Assembly: GCA_030637655.1 (NCBI GenBank)
Contig: DAOWGI010000032.1
Span: 1 to 52,513, forward strand
From: a candidate division FCPU426 bacterium
GTDB lineage: Bacteria; Oederibacteriota; JAAXVQ01; JAUVAV01
DNA length: 52,513 bases
Direction: 5' to 3'
Shown: positions 1 to 9,617 of the stretch, piece by piece
Numbering within the stretch: the first letter of the stretch is position 1
Layout of the letters: each line of letters begins with the position of its first letter
Program-made: the position numbers and the translations under genes
Notes under the pieces: model-generated
Told to the model about the DNA's origin: nothing
Seen by the model: only the letters and a program-made list of their open reading frames with translations
Databases searched by the model: none

Positions 1-125
1 GTAAAAGCACTCAAACGATCTTTTATTACACCTATTACTTTATCCAGTTCGGTTCCAACAGCACCAACTAATCCAATAACCAATTCAGAATCAATGAATT
101 TTTGGCCCACAGCGTCACTTGACAT
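1..125 (-). CDS. 5' part of probable anti-phage dCTP deaminase (Dcd/AvcD-like), runs off window edge
   Basis: Manual translation from ATG at 125: MSSDAVGQKFIDSELVIGLVGAVGTELDKVIGVIKDRLSAF. ELVIGLVGAVG resembles the N-terminal P-loop-kinase-like motif of anti-phage dCTP deaminases; the deaminase domain is not in the window. Confidence 0.55.
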   Translation of the reverse strand, partial: MSSDAVGQKFIDSELVIGLVGAVGTELDKVIGVIKDRLSAF

Positions 126-315
126 TGATAGATTCCAGCTTTATTGTTTTATTAATAACTTTCACCTTGATAATCATAATAAGTTTTGAATTTTCAGCTT
201 TTGTTAGTTTATGAGAAATTTTTAAGATAGGCAACCTTAATTTGAGCAAATGTCGCAGCAAAAGTAACTGATCACTGAGAAGCTGTAAAACAATCTCATA
301 AATATCCACTTTTTT

Positions 316-786
316 TTATTTTTGTTTGAGCAGTTCCTGGATACGGGCTATGGTCAAACGCTGCATTTTCTGCAACAAACGGAAGGCCGGCAGTAAGGCT
401 AAAATCATAAATTCAAAAATAAAGAGATTCTGCGCCACTGGCAACCAAAAACGGCTCTCTTTTGGAATGACAAAAGCCCACAGTGTGGCTAAAACAAACA
501 AAGCGATAAAACACTGCCAGGGCAGGAAATTCAACAGGCTGGCAAAGGCGCGATCACGCCGGATCATATAACTCACAATTTGATAGATGTCTTTCCCCGG
601 ATAGACGCGGGTAAAACGGTTTTGCGCTTTTTTTAGATTCCAGGTAGGCAGGGTTTTTTGGACCTGGTTAACTAATTTTTGTAGCAAAAAAGTAATGACC
701 ACAGCCACCGCCAGGGATATAAAACACCACAGCAGCAAACTTTTAGGGGTCATGGGCGTCAGCATATTATTATTTCTTGCCGGCAA
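316..786 (-). CDS. hypothetical membrane protein
   Basis: 156-aa ORF with three hydrophobic segments, overlapping the stop of the upstream GT4 gene; true start may be a few codons downstream. Confidence 0.6.
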   Translation of the reverse strand: MPARNNNMLTPMTPKSLLLWCFISLAVAVVITFLLQKLVNQVQKTLPTWNLKKAQNRFTRVYPGKDIYQIVSYMIRRDRAFASLLNFLPWQCFIALFVLATLWAFVIPKESRFWLPVAQNLFIFEFMILALLPAFRLLQKMQRLTIARIQELLKQK

Positions 787-1930
787 TGACAGTTTTGTAG
801 GTCTCGATCATTTGCCGGGCCTTATTTTCTGCTGACCACTCCTTGGCTTGCGCGGCCGCTTCTTGCAATTTTTCTTTATACAGAGCTTTGTCAGTTAATA
901 ATCTATTGACTGCCTGTGAAAATTCATCCACATTCAAGGAAACAGCGATACCGCCGCCACCGGCCATTACATCCCGTACTCCCATGGCCGCTACGGCCAC
1001 ACAGGGCGTGCCGGCAGCCATGGCCTCGGTCAGCACCAACCCTTGAGTTTCTGTCACAGAAGCCAGTAGTTGTAGATCAGCTGCAGCATACAAGTCCGCC
1101 CAATCACGACGATTCAACAAACCGATAAAAACTACTTTGTCCGCAAGCCTCCTCTTTTTACACTCCGCTTTTACTCCAGCCAAAGCCGGACCTTTGCCCG
1201 CAATCACCAAACGTGCCCGAGGCTGATCTGTTTTAAGCTTTTCCAAAACGTTAAAGAGGAAAGGTATGTTTTTTTCCCTGGCTACCCGGCCCATACAGAG
1301 CAGCATTATATCTCCCGAAGTGAAGCCCGTTTGTTTGCGCATGCGTTCACCGTCCAGTTTGGCAAAAGGCTCGACATTGATGCCGGTGGGTAATACCGTA
1401 ACCGGGGTTTTTATCTGATACCGTTGCATGACTTGCCGGATTGAGGTGGACGGCACAATTATCTGATCATGTAAGTGACAGAACCGGCGTGAATACCAGG
1501 CTACCAGCGGCTTATCTAAAAACCGCGGCATAATCGGAAAATAATGCGGCAGGTAGGCTTCAAATAGGGTGTGATAGGTATGCACAGACGGGATATTCAA
1601 TTGTTTGGCTCTTTTCGCAAACATAAAACCCAAAGCAAACGGCGTTTGAGTATGGATGATATCCAGTTTTAAATCCGCGACTTGTTTCAGCTTTTTCCGG
1701 GATGCGGCGGCATAGGGATTGGGCAAACGGTCTTCCGGATTAAAAAAGAGATAAATCGAGGGAAATCGCCAAACCCCATTTTCCTGTTCTTTTTTTATTT
1801 CCGGAAACCAGGGCGCAAAAATAGTTGCCTGATGTCCCAATTTACGGTATTGCTCCGTAAATGTCATAATGGATTTCATGACACCATTCACGCGCGGCAA
1901 AAATGTATCCGTGACTACCCCAATATGCAT
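770..1930 (-). CDS. GT4 glycosyltransferase (diacylglycerol glucosyltransferase-like)
   Basis: N-terminal DTFLPRVNGV, HTYHT, GRVAREKN, ETQGLVLTEAMAAGTP (EX7E). Start moved to ATG 1930 behind GGAGG. Confidence 0.9.
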   Translation of the reverse strand: MHIGVVTDTFLPRVNGVMKSIMTFTEQYRKLGHQATIFAPWFPEIKKEQENGVWRFPSIYLFFNPEDRLPNPYAAASRKKLKQVADLKLDIIHTQTPFALGFMFAKRAKQLNIPSVHTYHTLFEAYLPHYFPIMPRFLDKPLVAWYSRRFCHLHDQIIVPSTSIRQVMQRYQIKTPVTVLPTGINVEPFAKLDGERMRKQTGFTSGDIMLLCMGRVAREKNIPFLFNVLEKLKTDQPRARLVIAGKGPALAGVKAECKKRRLADKVVFIGLLNRRDWADLYAAADLQLLASVTETQGLVLTEAMAAGTPCVAVAAMGVRDVMAGGGGIAVSLNVDEFSQAVNRLLTDKALYKEKLQEAAAQAKEWSAENKARQMIETYKTVIAGKK

Positions 1931-1998
1931 ATTATGTGTCCTCCCGCGCGGCAGCACTGTTGCTTACAGTCTAAACGCCTTTTTTATATAAGTATTTT

Positions 1999-2212
1999 GT
2001 AACTACTCAGGTCTGCAAGGAACAGGGCGGTTTGGTCTTTTTTCAAGCGCAGCAGCGGTAACTGCGAAGATGTGGTTTAGAAAAGCATATCCCCCTATTG
2101 CCCGTTACCAGCCTGGACCTTGGTTTTCCGCTTTGCAATGCTTGAAAAAAGACCAAAGTGACCTGCCAGACGTAAACATTTGAATACTTTTTTTACCCAC
2201 CTGAGTAGTTAC
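1999..2212. mobile_element. 214-bp MITE with 14-bp terminal inverted repeats and 8-bp target duplication
   Basis: GTAACTACTCAGGT (1999-2012) / ACCTGAGTAGTTAC (2199-2212), flanked by AGTATTTT at 1991-1998 and 2213-2220; internal perfect 18-bp inverted repeat 2031-2048 / 2140-2157. Confidence 0.9.
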
Positions 2213-3354
2213 AGTATTTTTTGATATACACTCATTAATTGTTTGGCGCGTCGCAAAGCACTATTCTTGCCGGCTATCTTTAGCGCTTCTTCCTGTTTTT
2301 CTCTCAGCAATTTTCTGTTTTGCAGTAATTTGTTGACAGCCTCGGCAAATTGATCTTCTTTGGGGGGCACCATAATTCCGCCTCCTTCAGACATAACGTC
2401 CCGCGTACCCATGGCCCCAACAGTCACACACGGGGTTCCGGCAGCCATGGCTTCGGTAAGCACCAATCCCTGCGTCTCGGTTTGAGAAGCCAATAGATGT
2501 AGATCTGCTCCGGCAAACAGATCAACCCAATCCTGACCTTTCACATAACCCACAAACAACACTTTGTCCTGCAAACCGCGTTGTTGACATTCTTTTTGAA
2601 TCGCTTTTATGCCTGGTCCTTCTCCGGCCAATACCAAACGCGCTCTGGGTTGGGTGGCTTGCAGTTTTTCCATGACCCTGAATAGAAAGGATATATTTTT
2701 CTCTCCGGAGATCCGTCCCATGCTCAACAGCATGGGGTCCTTGTTTCCAAACCCCAACTCCTTTCGCATGCGCTGAGGATCCTGTTTTTTGAAAGGAGCC
2801 AAATTAACTCCGGTCGGCACCACTTCGATAGGCACATGTACTCCATAGGTACGAAGCACTTTCTCCATGGCACGCGAAGGAACGACAACCTGTTTGTGTT
2901 GATTGCAAAAGGTTCTCGACCCCCGCTGTACCAGATAGCGGCCAATTCGTTCTGGAATGGCTTTGGCATAATGCGGAACATACATCTCAAATAAAGTATG
3001 ATAAGTATGCACGGTTGGAATTTTCTTCCGGCGCGCCCAGGCCAGCATGGCAATCCCCAGTGGATACGGAGTATGGGTGTGCATAATATCCAGTTTAAGT
3101 TCCGGGAGTTTGCGGAAATGTTTGAGAGAACCGATCCTAAACGGATTGGTCAAACGGTCCTCCGGATTGTTGGCGGAATAGTGCGAAGGAAAACGCCAGA
3201 CATCCTCATCTTCCGCCTGGTACTGCGGAAAAGCCGGTGCAAAAATAATTACCCGGTGTCCCATCCTACGTAATTCCCGTGTAAAGATGTTGATCGAATG
3301 TACGACACCGTTGATGCGGGGTTGATACGTATCCGTTGCTATGCCAATATTCAT
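2209..3354 (-). CDS. GT4 glycosyltransferase, tandem paralogue of 770-1930
   Basis: DTYQPRINGV, HTYHT, GRISGEKN, ETQGLVLTEAMAAGTP; colinear with the neighbour. Confidence 0.9.
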   Translation of the reverse strand: MNIGIATDTYQPRINGVVHSINIFTRELRRMGHRVIIFAPAFPQYQAEDEDVWRFPSHYSANNPEDRLTNPFRIGSLKHFRKLPELKLDIMHTHTPYPLGIAMLAWARRKKIPTVHTYHTLFEMYVPHYAKAIPERIGRYLVQRGSRTFCNQHKQVVVPSRAMEKVLRTYGVHVPIEVVPTGVNLAPFKKQDPQRMRKELGFGNKDPMLLSMGRISGEKNISFLFRVMEKLQATQPRARLVLAGEGPGIKAIQKECQQRGLQDKVLFVGYVKGQDWVDLFAGADLHLLASQTETQGLVLTEAMAAGTPCVTVGAMGTRDVMSEGGGIMVPPKEDQFAEAVNKLLQNRKLLREKQEEALKIAGKNSALRRAKQLMSVYQKIL

Positions 3355-5076
3355 TTAAGCTCCTGCACTCAGCATGTCCGCACACAACATTTTTATTCGA
3401 GCAACAATTCCTAAGCGCGGGACTAATTCCGCCTCTTTTTGATCTCGGCGTTTCAGCTCTATTTTGTTTTCCGCCACACTTTTACCGAATGTCAAGCGCA
3501 GTGGAATCCCGATCAGATCCGCATCCTTAAATTTAATCCCTGCCCGTTCATCGCGATCATCCAACAATGCCTCCACTCCGGCAGCTTGTAATTCCGCATA
3601 AACGGCTTCTGCCATCTCCCTGGCCTTGGGATCTTTAGGCGCCACCGGCAACAACACAACCTGATAAGGAGCCAAAGGCAATGGCCAGCAAATGCCGAAT
3701 TCATCATGATTCTGCTCAATCGCGGCAGCCGCGATCCTGGAAACTCCAATCCCGTAACAGCCCATAACACAGTACTGTTCTTTGCCGGCTTCATCCAAAA
3801 AGGTAGCTTTCATGGCCTGTGAATATTTTAGCCCGAGTTTAAATACATGTCCAACTTCTATCCCCCGCTCAATGGTCAAGGGCTCCCCGCAACTTGGGCA
3901 CAAATCTCCGGCTTGAGCAACCCTCAAATCGCACACTTCAGTCGGAGTAAAATCCCGGCCTAGGTTGACTCCGGTCGCATGTGTATCTGCCTGGTTTCCG
4001 CCGGATACCAAATTAACGGCACCTTCCAATGAATCATCCAGCAATACTTTCTCAATACCCTTCAGATCAAAGGGTCCGGCAAAACCAACCGGCGCGCCGG
4101 TTGCTTGCTTAATTTGTTCCGGATTGGCCAGAACCAGTTCCGTGGCAGCGATAGCGTTTTTTAATTTGATTTCATTCACTTCCCGGTCGCCGCGAATAAC
4201 CACAGCATATAATTTTCCGTCCGCAAAATAGAGCATGGTTTTGGCCAAACGAGTGATCGGAACCTGTAAAAATTCCGCGACTTCTTCCACCGTGTGTTTT
4301 CCCGGTGTCGCAACCAATTTTTTTTCCTGTGGAGCTTCTTGAATATTGGGGGAAGCAATCCGTCCCTGGGCTTTTTCAACATTGGCAGCATAGGAACACT
4401 TGGTACAGCTGGCAATGGCTTCTTCTCCGGTATCTGCCAGCACCATAAACTCGGAAGAAAAAGAACCGCCAATAGCCCCGGAATCCGCTTCCACCGCTTT
4501 GAAGCGTAATCCGCAGCGCTTAAAGATGCTCTGGTAGGTCTCAAACATTTTTTTATACGCATCTTCCGCGCCCTTATCATCCCGGTCAAAAGAATAAGCA
4601 TCTTTCATAATAAATTCCCGGGCCCGCATGACACCAAAACGCGGACGGATCTCATCACGGAATTTGGTATGCATTTGATAGAGATTAATCGGGAGCTGAC
4701 GATAGGAGCGCACGCTCTTGCGCACCATATCCGTGATGATTTCTTCGTGCGTGGGACCCAAGGCGAAATCCCGTTCATGCCGGTCCTTGACTCGAAACAA
4801 CTCAGCTCCGTATTTGGACCAACGCCCGGTTTCCTGCCAAAGTTCTGCCGGTGAAAGGATGGGCATCTGCACTTCCACGGCCCCGGCGGCATCCATCTCT
4901 TCACGCACGATTTGTTCAATTTTGCGTATAACGCGAAATCCCAGAGGCAGGTAATTGTACAAACCGGCTGCCAGTTTCCGAATAAGACCCGCCCGGACCA
5001 TCAGCTGATGGCTGACAATCTCCGCTTCGGCCGGCGTTTCTTTCAATGTTTCCAATAAAGTTTTACTCCACCGCAT
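3355..5076 (-). CDS. proS: proline--tRNA ligase (bacterial type with editing domain)
   Basis: SHQLMVRAGLIRK, LGPTHEE, KFRDEIRPRFGVMRAREFIMKDAYSF, GIEVGHVFKLG, MGCYGIGVSR. Confidence 0.97.
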   Translation of the reverse strand: MRWSKTLLETLKETPAEAEIVSHQLMVRAGLIRKLAAGLYNYLPLGFRVIRKIEQIVREEMDAAGAVEVQMPILSPAELWQETGRWSKYGAELFRVKDRHERDFALGPTHEEIITDMVRKSVRSYRQLPINLYQMHTKFRDEIRPRFGVMRAREFIMKDAYSFDRDDKGAEDAYKKMFETYQSIFKRCGLRFKAVEADSGAIGGSFSSEFMVLADTGEEAIASCTKCSYAANVEKAQGRIASPNIQEAPQEKKLVATPGKHTVEEVAEFLQVPITRLAKTMLYFADGKLYAVVIRGDREVNEIKLKNAIAATELVLANPEQIKQATGAPVGFAGPFDLKGIEKVLLDDSLEGAVNLVSGGNQADTHATGVNLGRDFTPTEVCDLRVAQAGDLCPSCGEPLTIERGIEVGHVFKLGLKYSQAMKATFLDEAGKEQYCVMGCYGIGVSRIAAAAIEQNHDEFGICWPLPLAPYQVVLLPVAPKDPKAREMAEAVYAELQAAGVEALLDDRDERAGIKFKDADLIGIPLRLTFGKSVAENKIELKRRDQKEAELVPRLGIVARIKMLCADMLSAGA

Positions 5077-5184
5077 TTTTCTTCCATGGCCTTTCCTAAT
5101 TTATTTTTAAGCTTTTAGATTTTCTCATAAACTATAACTTCTTACAAGCGTGGTACTGACAGCTTACCTCTTTACTTTTTTAGA

Positions 5185-5943
5185 TTATTTTTGGGCAACA
5201 AAAAATTCGTATCCAAAATAGTCTGAATATTTATGAAATAGCGTAATCTCATTCTCAAAGCACGGCATCATGTCCATGGCTTCCGGATCAGCTTGATATC
5301 GTTCTTTGACCTCAGCTATCTTTTCTTGCATAGGCGTATAGAAATCATCCAGCCACGCCTCTTGGGGCAAGGTAAAGTTTCCTTGAATTCGATACCCGCA
5401 ATTATTTATTCTCGCGAGACATTCACTCACATCGGTCATGGCCGGATATTCCGCTGCCCAATTATCCTTAATTTCCTGCGGCGGATCGGCTTTCAACCAC
5501 ACTGCTTCTGTGACTGCCAAATAACCGCCCTTTTTTAGGAACTTACCCAATGTTTTCAATCCGTTCTCAAATCCCATTTGATAAATCGCACCTTCGGACC
5601 AGAGCACATCAAAGTACTCGGTTGGGAAATCCAGTTTGAACATATCCGCATTTTGCGCACGAACGCGGTGCTCCAAACCCGCTGCCTTCGCAGCCGCATT
5701 GAGGCGATCCACAAAGGGTTGATGATTGTCCACCGCCATTATTTCACCCTTGCTTATGCCGGCCAGATCCAAGGTTTGTTTTCCCGGACCGCAACCAATA
5801 TCCAATATTTTCGGATTCTTGGGCAATGCCGACATTAAGGCATAGGCTTTTTCGGTCGAAGCATAATTACCCGGACCGCCACGCGGCAGGTCATTATAAA
5901 TCGCGAAGAACACCTCTTTAAATTTCGCATTACTAAAATCCAT
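5185..5943 (-). CDS. class I SAM-dependent methyltransferase
   Basis: ILDIGCGPG motif I, FDVLWSEGAIY. Confidence 0.85.
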   Translation of the reverse strand: MDFSNAKFKEVFFAIYNDLPRGGPGNYASTEKAYALMSALPKNPKILDIGCGPGKQTLDLAGISKGEIMAVDNHQPFVDRLNAAAKAAGLEHRVRAQNADMFKLDFPTEYFDVLWSEGAIYQMGFENGLKTLGKFLKKGGYLAVTEAVWLKADPPQEIKDNWAAEYPAMTDVSECLARINNCGYRIQGNFTLPQEAWLDDFYTPMQEKIAEVKERYQADPEAMDMMPCFENEITLFHKYSDYFGYEFFVAQK

Positions 5944-6023
5944 GGCAAGCTCCCATTGTTTCTGTGAATATTGTCAAAATATTTTATCCTCATTTTTTTG
6001 TAATAAAATATCTTAAAAAGATC

Positions 6024-6160
6024 CACCACCAAGACACAAAGGACACTAAGGAACACTAAGGAAAAATTAAGTTAAAGTGTAAAACAATAAACATTAATAA
6101 AACATTAATATTTTTTTTGTGTTTCTTTGTGAACCTTTGTGCCTTGGTGCCTTTGTGGTG
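6024..6160. repeat. intergenic inverted repeat built of 9-10-bp ACAC(A/T)AAG tandem units
   Basis: CACCACCAAGACACAAAGGACACTAAGGAACACTAAGG (6024-6061) faces TTGTGTTTCTTTGTGAACCTTTGTGCCTTGGTGCCTTTGTGGTG (6117-6160) across an AT-rich spacer. Confidence 0.7.
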
Positions 6161-6196
6161 TATCCTTTTACAAAATTATTTTATTTTTCTTTCAGG

Positions 6197-7180
6197 TTAT
6201 TTTTCCATCAACTCGTCAGCTTTCAGTTTGTGGATAACTACTGCTTGTTCTTCTTGGCAGGCTACATATACCCGGGTTCCGTCCGGTGACACCGCCAATG
6301 CTTGCGGATTTTTTCCGGTTTCTTTTTCCAACAACTTCACACCGGTCTTCACCGAGATAATCATGAGGTGTTCCTCATCAATCACATAGAGATTTCTGCC
6401 TTTAGGCCCTAATACAAAATCACGCGCACCCGTTCCTGCCTGCCAGGTCAAACCTGCGGTCTGATAAAAAAAGTCGACCAATTGAATCACACTAACTGCC
6501 GGCTCCGCGTTTTGGCCTGAACACAAGACAAATAATTTATCTTCCAATGGTGAAACGACCAACCGCCGGGGATTAGGCCAAACCGGCACCCGTTTGACCA
6601 CTTCGCTGTTTTCCAAATTCACGATAACCAGTTCCTGCGCTTTGTGATTGGCCACCCAGAGCAGATCAGTCTCCGGCTGCAGTTCAAGATCAATCGGAGC
6701 AGCACCAACTTCAACCACGGGCATAGGATTTTTACCCACATACGGACGGAGCACGTTGGATTCCGCGCTACAAAAAAACATCTGCTTTTGCTCAGCGCGT
6801 CTCAAAAAGGCCGACGGACCGTCCGGCAAGGGAAAGGATTCTAATAATTTCATATCCGGAACATAATATTTGTATACCACACGATCGGTCTGACACAACA
6901 CATACAAGGTCCGATTGTCCTTCTGCAGATACAGACGCAGGGGTCCGGTCTCTACATTAGCTTCCCCAATTCGGGCTTTTTGTTGAATATCCCAGACCAT
7001 GATCTTTTCCGCGCCTTCGCAGGCAATATACAAATATTGACCCCGGGCATCCAAGACCAGGCTCGTGGGATCAGCATCGGTCTCGATCATTTTTAACTTG
7101 CGACCACATCCTGCCAGACTCAACCCCACACCTAGCAGCACTACTATTAAAAGCAGCCTATCCAAACGCTGCTTTTTCAT
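6197..7180 (-). CDS. YncE/YVTN-like beta-propeller lipoprotein
   Basis: Lipobox LAGC; repeated GxxP..LxxxxDG..LYV blades. Confidence 0.75.
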   Translation of the reverse strand: MKKQRLDRLLLIVVLLGVGLSLAGCGRKLKMIETDADPTSLVLDARGQYLYIACEGAEKIMVWDIQQKARIGEANVETGPLRLYLQKDNRTLYVLCQTDRVVYKYYVPDMKLLESFPLPDGPSAFLRRAEQKQMFFCSAESNVLRPYVGKNPMPVVEVGAAPIDLELQPETDLLWVANHKAQELVIVNLENSEVVKRVPVWPNPRRLVVSPLEDKLFVLCSGQNAEPAVSVIQLVDFFYQTAGLTWQAGTGARDFVLGPKGRNLYVIDEEHLMIISVKTGVKLLEKETGKNPQALAVSPDGTRVYVACQEEQAVVIHKLKADELMEK

Positions 7181-8259
7181 CTTTTACTCACTACTGCCAG
7201 TTTCTTTACTTCTTTCAACAATTCAGTCACTGCCCCTTTTTCCGAAACCCGGCGCAAGAGACGTCCTTGGGAAAACAGCATAAAGGCTCCATCCGGAGTC
7301 CCGGCAATGCCCACATCCGCGTGTCGCGCTTCACCCGGCCCGTTCACAACACAACCCATCACAGCCACAGTTAAGGAGCGAGGTTCATTCGTTAATGCCT
7401 TTTCTACTTGCTCTAGTAATTGATTTAATTTGGAAACCGTCCGGCCGCAGGTCGGACATGATATGATATCTACCCCGCGTTGCCTCACTCCGGTGGCAGA
7501 AAGCAATAGATTGGCAACTGTGATTTCCGTTACCGGATCAGCGGTCAAGGAAACGCGGATCGTGTCTCCTATCCCTTCGTACAACAACGGACTTAATCCC
7601 GCAGCGGTTTTAACACTCCCACGCAGCACTCCGCCGGCTTCGGTTATTCCCAGATGCAAAGGCCACTGGCATGTCGCTGCCAGCGCTCGATACGCCGCTT
7701 GGGTGGTTGCGGTATCCGAAGCTTTCACTGAGAGCACCATTTTCCGCACTCCGGCTTTTTCAAAAGCCTTGGCATAATGCAAGGCAGTACTTGCCATAAG
7801 ACGCCCCAAGGCTCGCGGCCCTTTGGCCGGTTGGCGCAGCTTTTCCGGTAATGATCCGGAATTTACACCTATTCGTATGGCTACTTTCTTTTTCGCCGCT
7901 GCCTGGGCCACTTCCAAAGAACGGTCCAGTCCCATATTTCCAGGGTTAATCCGTATTTTGGCAACCTTGGCGGCAATAGCGCCAAGCGCTAAAGTATAAT
8001 CAAAATGGATATCCGCGATAATAGGCAAGGTCGTGCCTCGCACTATTTTTTCCAGCGCCTTGACCGCCTTGGCATCCGGCACTGCCACCCGCACCAATTC
8101 ACAACCCGCTGCTTGCAGACGCTTGATCTGCTGAAGCGTTGCTTTCACGTCCTGGGTTTTGGTGTTGGTCATGGATTGCACTCTGACCGGCGCTCCGTGA
8201 CCCAGGCGTACAGAACCGATACGCACGGATCGCGTTCTGTTGCGGTGCGGATTTCTCAC
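7177..8259 (-). CDS. ispG: HMBPP synthase IspG
   Basis: VQSMTNT, ADIHF, RINPGN, RIGVNSGS, GDTIRVSL, CPTCGR, AVMGCVVNGPGE. Confidence 0.97.
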   Translation of the reverse strand: MRNPHRNRTRSVRIGSVRLGHGAPVRVQSMTNTKTQDVKATLQQIKRLQAAGCELVRVAVPDAKAVKALEKIVRGTTLPIIADIHFDYTLALGAIAAKVAKIRINPGNMGLDRSLEVAQAAAKKKVAIRIGVNSGSLPEKLRQPAKGPRALGRLMASTALHYAKAFEKAGVRKMVLSVKASDTATTQAAYRALAATCQWPLHLGITEAGGVLRGSVKTAAGLSPLLYEGIGDTIRVSLTADPVTEITVANLLLSATGVRQRGVDIISCPTCGRTVSKLNQLLEQVEKALTNEPRSLTVAVMGCVVNGPGEARHADVGIAGTPDGAFMLFSQGRLLRRVSEKGAVTELLKEVKKLAVVSKR

Positions 8260-9617
8260 GTTGCCCCGCTGAAGAAGCGAACCACGATTTTATAAATATC
8301 ATTGTAGGTCGCAAACACCATCAATGCGATCAATAATGTAAAACCGATCTGTTGGGAAATTTCCTGCACTTTCATGGAAAGCGGTTTGCGCAGCACACCT
8401 TCAATTAAAAAGAAGACCACACTGCCCCCGTCCAATACCGGAATGGGCAGCAAGTTAACAATAGCCAGCATTATGGAAATACCGGCCAGGAAAAATAAAA
8501 AATCTTTGGGCCCTGATTTAGCTTCTTCACCAGCCATCCGCATAATGGTAATCGGTCCGCCCAGAGAATCTTTAGCTGATATTTGTCCGCTGATCATCTG
8601 CCACAAGGCATTAAGAATCATTTTGGAAATGTTATAGGTCTGCGAAAAACCCAATCCAACCGCTTTGAAAAAGGGATACTGCATTCTTTTTTCCTGATCG
8701 GATATTTTGAAATTCACTCCAATGACTCCTACCCTTCCTTGACCAGGCAATTGCTGAGTCATGGGTTTGGCTTTTAAGACCAACACATCTTCTCCACGTT
8801 TTACCGTAAAATGCGTTTCCTGATCAGCCCGTGGCCAGACCGATTTCTGAAAATCATATTTGGTCCAGATCGGCTGTTTCTCAACTTCCACTACCAAATC
8901 TCCGCTTTGAAAACGGGCCAATTCCGCCGGTGTGCCTACAAAAACCCGATCAATAATGGCGGTTCCAGCCGGCGCAATTGTTACACCCAAAAGCCAACGT
9001 CCGGATTTTTCATCGTACTTGGGAACCACAGCGCGAGTGAGTGTCTCTCCCTGGCGCTGCATGGTCAAATTCAATACTTGTCCCGGTTTTTGACTGCTCT
9101 GTTCATTAAGTTGATCGGAAAACACTTCCCAATTTTCAGTGGAAAAACCTTCCAGGGCAGTGATAATATCCCCAGACTGAATATCCACAGCCCGAGCCGG
9201 AGAATCTTTGGCAATCTCAATAATTTGGGGTGGCGCAATCGGAACCTGAAACCCGATCCAATACAACCCCCCCAAGATAACAATCGCGGCAATAATGTTC
9301 ATCAAGGGACCGGCCAACAATACCAGGATACGAACCCACCACGGCCGCGAAAAATAATCACCTGGCTTGATCTCATTTTTATCTTTTTCCTCGGGATTTT
9401 CACCGGCCATTTTCACATATCCGCCCAAAGGCAGGGCGGAAATTAAATACTCAGTCTCACCGTGTTTAAAGCCCAAGAGTTTATGTCCAAATCCCAAAGA
9501 AAATTTCAATACACGAATTCCGGCAGCTTTAGCAACTAAAAAGTGCCCTAATTCATGGACAAAAACCAAAATACCCAATGCTACTAACCCTGATACCACT
9601 ACCATCACGACCTGCAT
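8256..9617 (-). CDS. rseP: RIP metalloprotease RseP with two PDZ domains
   Basis: HELGH, GGYVKM, AGPLMN, NLLPIPVLDGG; start at ATG 9617 after AGGAGG. Confidence 0.95.
   Translation of the reverse strand: MQVVMVVVSGLVALGILVFVHELGHFLVAKAAGIRVLKFSLGFGHKLLGFKHGETEYLISALPLGGYVKMAGENPEEKDKNEIKPGDYFSRPWWVRILVLLAGPLMNIIAAIVILGGLYWIGFQVPIAPPQIIEIAKDSPARAVDIQSGDIITALEGFSTENWEVFSDQLNEQSSQKPGQVLNLTMQRQGETLTRAVVPKYDEKSGRWLLGVTIAPAGTAIIDRVFVGTPAELARFQSGDLVVEVEKQPIWTKYDFQKSVWPRADQETHFTVKRGEDVLVLKAKPMTQQLPGQGRVGVIGVNFKISDQEKRMQYPFFKAVGLGFSQTYNISKMILNALWQMISGQISAKDSLGGPITIMRMAGEEAKSGPKDFLFFLAGISIMLAIVNLLPIPVLDGGSVVFFLIEGVLRKPLSMKVQEISQQIGFTLLIALMVFATYNDIYKIVVRFFSGAT

Noticed and set aside
115-309. 64-aa ORF
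   Set aside because: GTG start without SD, low-complexity AT-rich translation, overlaps an inverted repeat.
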